A stretch of DNA of 55,508 nt, counting the filler, from Basidiobolus ranarum (taxonomy: Eukaryota), in the NCBI GenBank assembly GCA_040143965.1. It is 4 parts of 4 records of this genome, joined end to end, with 100 filler letters (N's around TTAATTAATTAA, not from the genome) between each part and the next. Parts side by side here need not be neighbours in the genome. Positions count along the whole stretch, not along the records: positions 41,724 to 55,508 come from JASJQH010000460.1; 3 more parts are not named here. One strand, given 5' to 3'. The notes under the pieces were generated by a model. The model made no database searches. It had not been told where the DNA came from and saw only the letters and a program-made list of their open reading frames with translations. Positions 49,150 to 55,508 of the stretch are shown piece after piece. The translations under genes and the position numbers were made by a program. Position 1 is the first letter of the stretch. Every line of letters starts with the position of its first letter.

Positions 49150-51030
49150 CTTATGGGAAATTTCACTTCATTTAATAGATCATACCTTGCAGAGAGTTAG
49201 TACTACAGACCTGGCTATAAACGAATAATACATACTCTCTTTGGTCTCTTTCATAAAATGATATCTAATATATATGTATTTGCTGGCAGTATGTGATGTG
49301 AGTTTTCTAGCAAATATGTACCTTTGATTTTATTGAATTGTTTTAGCTGACAAGTTTTGAGCATATCCAAATCTGTTAAGAGTTCTGTTAATCATATTGC
49401 TTCTTTTGTTGCTTCACAAGCAGTCATGGATTCTGCCTCTACTGTAGCCAGTGCCACAATATGTTGCTTTTTTGAATCCCATGAAATAACTCTATAACAA
49501 CATCAAGATATTCATCCCATTTTAGGTCTGCTCTTTTCTGATTCCTTTCCCAAATTTTCATCTGAGTATTCTAGAAGATCAAAACTTGCTCCAAAATATG
49601 TTTGCTTTAAGAGCTGATCTGTAGTTCATTTCAATTTTCTGGAAATCAAATTAACTGCTACAATTTGATCAAATCTAGAATGTTGAAGATACTGACAAAT
49701 ACCTCCAACACAGGATGTGTATCTGGCCATGTGTCTACCATGATACTGATCAATCTTTCAACTATAGATTAACAAGAAAAATGTTAGCTTTCATATAAAT
49801 CTAAAAATAAAATCTAAGAATATCTGATTTGAGCTATATTTGGTCAAGTGATGATTTTTCTCAACTGGAGTGAATACTGAATTATATTCTTATATTCTAA
49901 GCTTTATTTGTATAACTAGAATATACTTATTTTGCCTCAATGTTAATCTTTTGATAGTGCTATTTATCTTTATTTAGATGCTTAGATGGCATCTCAGCTT
50001 ACCAAGATCAGTCATTTGGCAGATAAGCTGGATTTGGGCTTCTCCAAAGCCTTCAGGTCATTGGGTGCTATATCAAGATCATATATATGTAAGACTAATA
50101 AGGCTAGGCTTTGTCTTATCTGGCCCAAAGTAGATAATATAGGCAGTGTTACTCTTTTGGAATTTGAGTGTTTCCAAAACAGCATCTATCTTGCTATTCT
50201 CAGCTTGTGGAGATTATTTAAAGCAATAGATGTTTATTGTGTCTACAAATGTTTTGAGGGTTTTCTGAGTCAAATAAGGATTGATTGTCATGTAAGTAAG
50301 TGCAAGTTTAGGTGCAATTATAAAGCAAGGCCTGATATTCAGTATCCATTGCAGATCTCCAGAATTATGTTCCATTTTATTTGCTGGGTTGAAATAAAGC
50401 TACTCTAGCTTTGAGCACTATATTGGACACCTCTTTAGCCTCAATTCAGGAAGAAGTGTTGATTGAAATGCTACTCTCTTCATTATTTTGATTTGAATAA
50501 ATATCAATGATTTGATTAAAAGAAGATTAAATTCATCATCATCAGAGGTCTTTTTACAGTGGATGTATCATTTTTATCACACACAACATCCCTAGAGTTG
50601 CTAAACTTTGAAACTTTGGTATCTTAGAGTCAGCAGGACTTAGTTTGAGTACAATAACATAGAAATATGCATTTTTGACTTTATGAGTCAAACCTAGACT
50701 ATTTTTTGAACAAAATTCACACAAAAGCAATGTAGCCAAATATCTCCATATATTTTACATTGGGCTTACATCCAAACCAAATTTAATATATTGTGGTGTT
50801 GGGTGCACTACTATTATAGCTCCTCTTCTTAAAATTTGCAGCTCTAACAATAAATTCTGCCCAAAATTATGAGATATATTTTTTTGCATTTAGCATTGAT
50901 CTTGCCCTTCCAATTATAATCCTGTTGGCTATCTAAGCAAATCCACTTTGTAGAGGTGCATAGAGGCAGTGGTTTCTTGCTTAATTTCATAAACTTTGTA
51001 AATGTGATTAACTAGTGTTGTAGGATAATC
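49150..51030 (-). mobile_element. Degenerate copia pol relic of a different family (integrase, RT, RNaseH fragments)
   Basis: KQHIVALATVEAESMTACEATKEAI; PDTHPVLEVFVS; QSGFA*IANRIIIGRARSMLNAK. Confidence 0.75.
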
Positions 51031-51053
51031 TCTACCAATAGCAGTACCTACTT

Positions 51054-51701
51054 TTGGTTTTCGCAGGTCATCAAGATAAAATCGGACCCGGGGATCTTCA
51101 ACGGATGACTACTGGCCGCGGTATTGTGCATGCAGAGATGCCACAAACTAAGTGTCATGGTCTTCAGTTATGGGTCAACCTGAGCGTTGCTGATAAAATG
51201 TGTGAGCCACGTTACCAGGAGCTCCTAGACAATGACATTCCAAGAATATCACCACCAGGGGTCAATGCAGTGATTAAAGTGATTGCTGGTGATTCTTTTG
51301 GGGTCAGTAGTCCTGTGGTCACTAAGACACCTACCATGTATCTAGACTTTAAGGTTGAGAAGAATTCCAAATTTGAACAAGCCATCCCAGAGAGTTACCA
51401 AGGCTTCTTGTATATACTGGAAGGGGAGCGCTACTTTGGTTCAAAGAATACACTAGGAAGAGCACACTACACATTGACACTCAGCGAGGAAGGAGGTACA
51501 GTTAGCATAGAGACCAAAGAGAAGTCGGTTCATTTTGTACTTGTGGCTGGTGAACCACTCAAAGAACCAATTGTTCAATACGGGCCATTTGTCATGAATC
51601 ACGCGAGCGATATTCAAAGCACTTTTTCTGACTATCGCATGGGAATCAATGGCTTCGAACGAGCCCGTACATGGCGTTCTAAGATTGGAAATCAGCATTA
51701 A
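51054..51701 (+). pseudogene. Pirin family protein, 5'-truncated
   Basis: FAGHQDKIGPGDLQRMTTGRGIVHAEMP..HGLQLWVNL..GEPLKEPIVQYGPFVMN. The N-terminal HPHRG metal-binding segment is absent, with copia relic directly upstream; conserved QWMT reads QRMT. Confidence 0.8.
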
Positions 51702-51959
51702 ACAGATTCACAAGATAATACTGTACTGCTATAGTATTCCTTTGTATTTTAAACTATCCAGCTAATAAGGAATCCAGTTGTCCTTTTTACTCACTACAGA
51801 TTGTTGAATTATGTACAGAGTTGGTTAAAGATTAATTGTATTCCATATATATAGGATAGCCTCGCATCAGACCCAACAACAATTCCATACTTGCTATGCA
51901 AAAAAAGAGTATCGTTTTGATAAACTTCCTAGTTGGAGCTGAATTGGTTTTCTCCTAGA

Positions 51960-52850
51960 TGTGCGCCCTTGAATGGCATCTCGGGCTCCGCCGACCGCAC
52001 TGTGAAGAAGGAACAACTTCAAGAGTTTACCATTGATAATGTCAATACTCATGAAACAACCAACTTTGGTCTCAAGCTTAGTTCCAAACTTCTCCACCAC
52101 AGATGGCCACTACTGCGTACCCACAAATGTGAAGATTTATATTAACTCTCTCTACATAGATCAATAACACGGACAGCTTGAAGACTGGATTAAGAGGTCC
52201 TACTCTCTTGGAGAATTTCCAATTTCGTGAAATCTCATGCATTTTGGTGGGTTCACAATCTTTTAAATTTGGTCATATATAGTCTCATATCGTGGAAACC
52301 CATAGATCACAAACGTATCCCTGAACATGCTGTTCATGCTCATGGATATTTCCAGGCATATGGAGACTACTCAAATGTCACAGTCGCTAAGCTTTTACAC
52401 AATCCTGAGGTGAAGAGTCCAGTATTTGTAACAATCTCTACAGTGTTAGGCTCTCGTGGATCTGCCGATACCGTGGGAGATGCTCGTGGATTTGCTTCAC
52501 GCTTTTATACTGAAGAAGGGTTATTCGATATTGGTAACTATTGCTATTTAATTGATAAGTTTCTCCCTTACTAATACTTTTTAAAAACTAGTTGGTAACG
52601 ATATACCTGTATTCTTTATTCAAGGTATAAATACCTCGAACACATTTGACAATGTTGATAATGCTTATTAATATCTATATATTGTAAACATCTTAGATGC
52701 CATAAAGTTTCCTGATCTTGTTCATGCCTCCAAACTAGACCCCGATACAGAGATGCCCCAAGATGGCACTGCGCACAACACAACTTACGATTTTATTTCT
52801 GAATTTCCAGAATCTTTACGCACAGTACTCTGGGCCTTCTCTGGACGCTC
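51960..52850 (+). pseudogene. Large-subunit catalase N-terminal fragment, with introns
   Basis: [36 protein letters not shown] (ARG segment deleted); [50 protein letters not shown]; ends at LWALSGR with no C-terminal half. Confidence 0.88.
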
Positions 52851-53029
52851 TTGAAATATCAAGCCCACCTACCCACAAACACTCACTAGTACGGCATAGT
52901 AAATGTTTGTAAACCTCGAGATGCTTATTAGTCTGGACTATAAGTATTATTAACTCAGGATTTAACTGTTCCGAATGCAGGTGTTGAACAATCCACGAGA
53001 ATTTTCCTTAACCTCATTTTTTCTGGGAG

Positions 53030-53854
53030 AATGCATTGAATGTCATGGGTGGCACGGCATATGGCACAAAACTTGCTGATCCCCTGTTAGATCCATCCAA
53101 AAAACATATCCCTTTGTTGACCTCTTCTACTGGGATATCACGGTCACGATCTAACAATCCACTACATGATTTCATGCAAATGGTGATTGAACCATAACGT
53201 AAAGAAGGAGAGGTAGACAAGAAACAGAAAGATAATATTGTCGAAAAGATGCGACTTTTTATGATAGTAGGGATGGAAACCGCAGCGTCAATATTATCGG
53301 CCATATTCAAACAGATTGCCAAACATCCAGCTGAGCTGGCCACACTTCGCTCTGAGATTGATGAACTGTATGCAAACTCGGTCTTATTCACCCAGGATGA
53401 TTTCGAAGTGCTACCCAACGGTGTTCTACGTCGAGCCAAATTTCTAAACGCGGTGATTCACGAGGCTCTATTATTACTCCCACCGGGAGCAGCTACGATC
53501 CACCGCTGTACTACGGAGCGTTGTACAATCGAGGGTTTTATTCTCTCCGCGAACGTTGAAGTACTGACGCCCTTTTACTCGCTCAATCAGAGATTTATGA
53601 ATGATCAAAAGCACAAGGGATACAATCCAATGAGATTTGTGGAAGGTTCAAAGTTGTCGTCACGCTTCTTTGCGTTCGGCAAGCTCTCAAGGAGCGGCAT
53701 AGGCCAAGAGTTTGCTATGATCGAGTTGTGTCAGGTCATCGCGGCTATGGTTCACTACTTCCATTTGATGTTAAAAGCCGCAGGAGAAATATCGGGTCTT
53801 GGTGGACTAATGGTAAAGGATTTCACTATGACTGTGGAGAAGAGCATATTTTAG
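53030..53854 (+). pseudogene. Cytochrome P450 C-terminal fragment, intronless, inactive
   Basis: I-helix LFMIVGMETAA; K-helix FLNAVIHEALLL (ExxR Arg lost); YNPMRF; FAFGKLSRSGIGQEFA (heme-ligand Cys replaced by Gly); upstream in-frame stop. Confidence 0.85.
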
Positions 53855-54066
53855 TAATAGTAATCGGTGAGTGTATTAGTGTATTGAAAATTAGGAAATA
53901 AATTGTAATTCAGTACATTATGCAATACCTGCTGATCATAATCAACCAGCTTGATAGGTTACGTACAATGACTTGATCTTACAGGGATGCTGCTTTTACA
54001 ACTCTTGAATGTCTTCAATGTATCACTTATTGGCTCATGCCCGAGAAATTACTTTTGAGATTTAAC

Positions 54067-54400
54067 TGTTAAAGTATTTTAGAAGTTGTTGGGAGCTTTT
54101 TGGAGAACTGAAAGATTGGTGGTTTCACTCAATGATCAATTGAGTGTAAGTTGACATTCATACTTTTTCAAGAAGTAGAGAAACCAATGGGCTAAATAAG
54201 TTTAGAGAGGTCCCTGAAGCATGTGCACAAAGTTTGGGGTCTCTTAGACAAGTTTGAGAAGATTATATATTCTGAAAACTTCCAAGCTGGTCTCAACCTT
54301 TTAAGTAAATTCCAAGTGAAGCTATTGGATAATAATATTGTGAAGCTTAGGTAGCTAACTATATGACTGCATACATGCTAGAGCTATGTCATTTTCAACA
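54067..54400 (-). mobile_element. Family-2-related solo LTR
   Basis: TGTTAAAGTA...TTTTCAACA on the plus strand; reverse complement is similar to 28069-28417. TSD imperfect (ttaac / ttagt). Confidence 0.8.
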
Positions 54401-54657
54401 TTAGTTGCATCAGGATACTGAATTACACAGGTGTCAAAGATATTTTGTAATCAGATGCCATTCCTGATCCTGGTCAACCCAGGGTAAACAGATCTTAACA
54501 TGACTTTCCATAGCCAGATTGGATGAGCTGTCCGGTATCCCATCTAGTCGAATATCTTCCTGCCATTCAGTTTCCTTCTAATATTCTTGTTTTAGTTTTG
54601 TTGAAAGGTACACACTTTGATTAATATACTTCTAGGAGATCACTGCATACACTGCTC

Positions 54658-54986
54658 TGTTGAAATTAACATAGCCTAAACATCAATATGTCAAATATAG
54701 CTTAGTATTTAGTTGTTCCATGTTTTCACCAAGATGTCACCTGCTATTCTTATTCAAAACTTACTTAAAAGTTCTTAGATATGTGGACTTTTCAAACTTG
54801 TCCTAGAGGCCCCAAACTTTGCACACATGTACCTGGAACCTTCCTTAGCACACTCTACAGGTTTGTTTGTTCACTCCTTGATAAAACTATAAATGTCGAC
54901 TTTCCACTCAGTAAATCAACAAATAAAAACCACCAATTCTTCTGGTGCTCCATATCACTTCCAACAATTTCCAAACTACTTCAACA
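54658..54986 (+). mobile_element. Family-2 solo LTR, near-perfect TSD (TGCTC/TACTC)
   Basis: TGTTGAAATTAAC...TACTTCAACA; similar to 28069-28417. Confidence 0.85.
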
Positions 54987-55347
54987 TACTCCCTCTTCAA
55001 TTTTAGCACGCAAGATGAATTTTTGGATATACACACTTAGTGGACTAAGTTACAGGTATATGATACAGACTTCATATATTTCTCTACTTGAAGGGTGCTT
55101 AGATTACCGATGAATATCAATATTAAATCACGGAAAAAAATTACATTTTCCAGATTAGTTCATAATATTAAGATGCAATACTAATCAGACGTAGGGTCTA
55201 TACGAAATACTGATTTTATATCTATGTATATTCTATGATCTCAGATTCGGCGATTATATGGGTGACCAACTATTTAAAGTCAACATAATAGGCAATTTCA
55301 ACTCTAAGTAACTACCAATTACAAAATGCACACGCATAATCATGCAA

Positions 55348-55410
55348 ATTAATGGGCATAAATCAATAATTAATGGGCATAAATCAATAATTAATGGGCA
55401 TAAATCAATA
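55348..55410. repeat. 21-bp perfect tandem repeat x3 (ATTAATGGGCATAAATCAATA)
   Basis: Three exact copies at 55348, 55369 and 55390. Confidence 0.95.
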
Positions 55411-55508
55411 CCAACTTCAGTAAATACATAGATACATTTTATTAAACAAAACTAATGGACATTGGATTCAAGGTGACAACTACTTGTGGTTCATCTCTGA
55501 GACGAGGT

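Noticed and set aside
54067-54986. Two LTRs forming one TRIM element
   Set aside because: They are in opposite orientation and diverged, and the second has its own near-perfect TSD.

Overview
Eukaryotic, AT-rich, intron-rich fungal DNA. The protein families suggest an early-diverging fungus, possibly Basidiobolus-like (inference only). The window is not contiguous. It is four contigs of 13825, 13805, 13793 and 13785 bp, joined in decreasing size order by 100-bp N/TTAATTAATTAA linkers. Contig 1 (1-13825): 3' end of eIF4A, a CHY zinc-finger gene, CDK8/SSN3, a SEC3 apparently lacking its N-terminal PH domain, a secreted HExxH protease, questin-oxidase-like and DHA2-MFS pseudogenes, and a Thr-rich secreted protein. 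Contig 2 (13926-27730): almost entirely nested, inverted and tandem degenerate Ty1/copia elements with a Ty5-type half-tRNAiMet primer site. Contig 3 (27831-41623): a solo LTR with target-site duplication (TSD), an intronless bacterial-type YbaK/EbsC gene with an early stop, VPS35, an ammonium transporter, and the tail of a GPI-anchored protein. Contig 4 (41724-55508): a secreted protein with a CHAP-like motif, a palindrome-bearing higher-order repeat array upstream of a small Cys-rich cationic peptide gene, a Gly-rich repeat secreted protein, gypsy and copia relics, nested solo LTRs, and three abutting gene fragments (pirin, catalase, P450). The most unusual object is a 282-bp LTR-like element (48755-49036) with a perfect TSD that carries a complete tRNA-like sequence.
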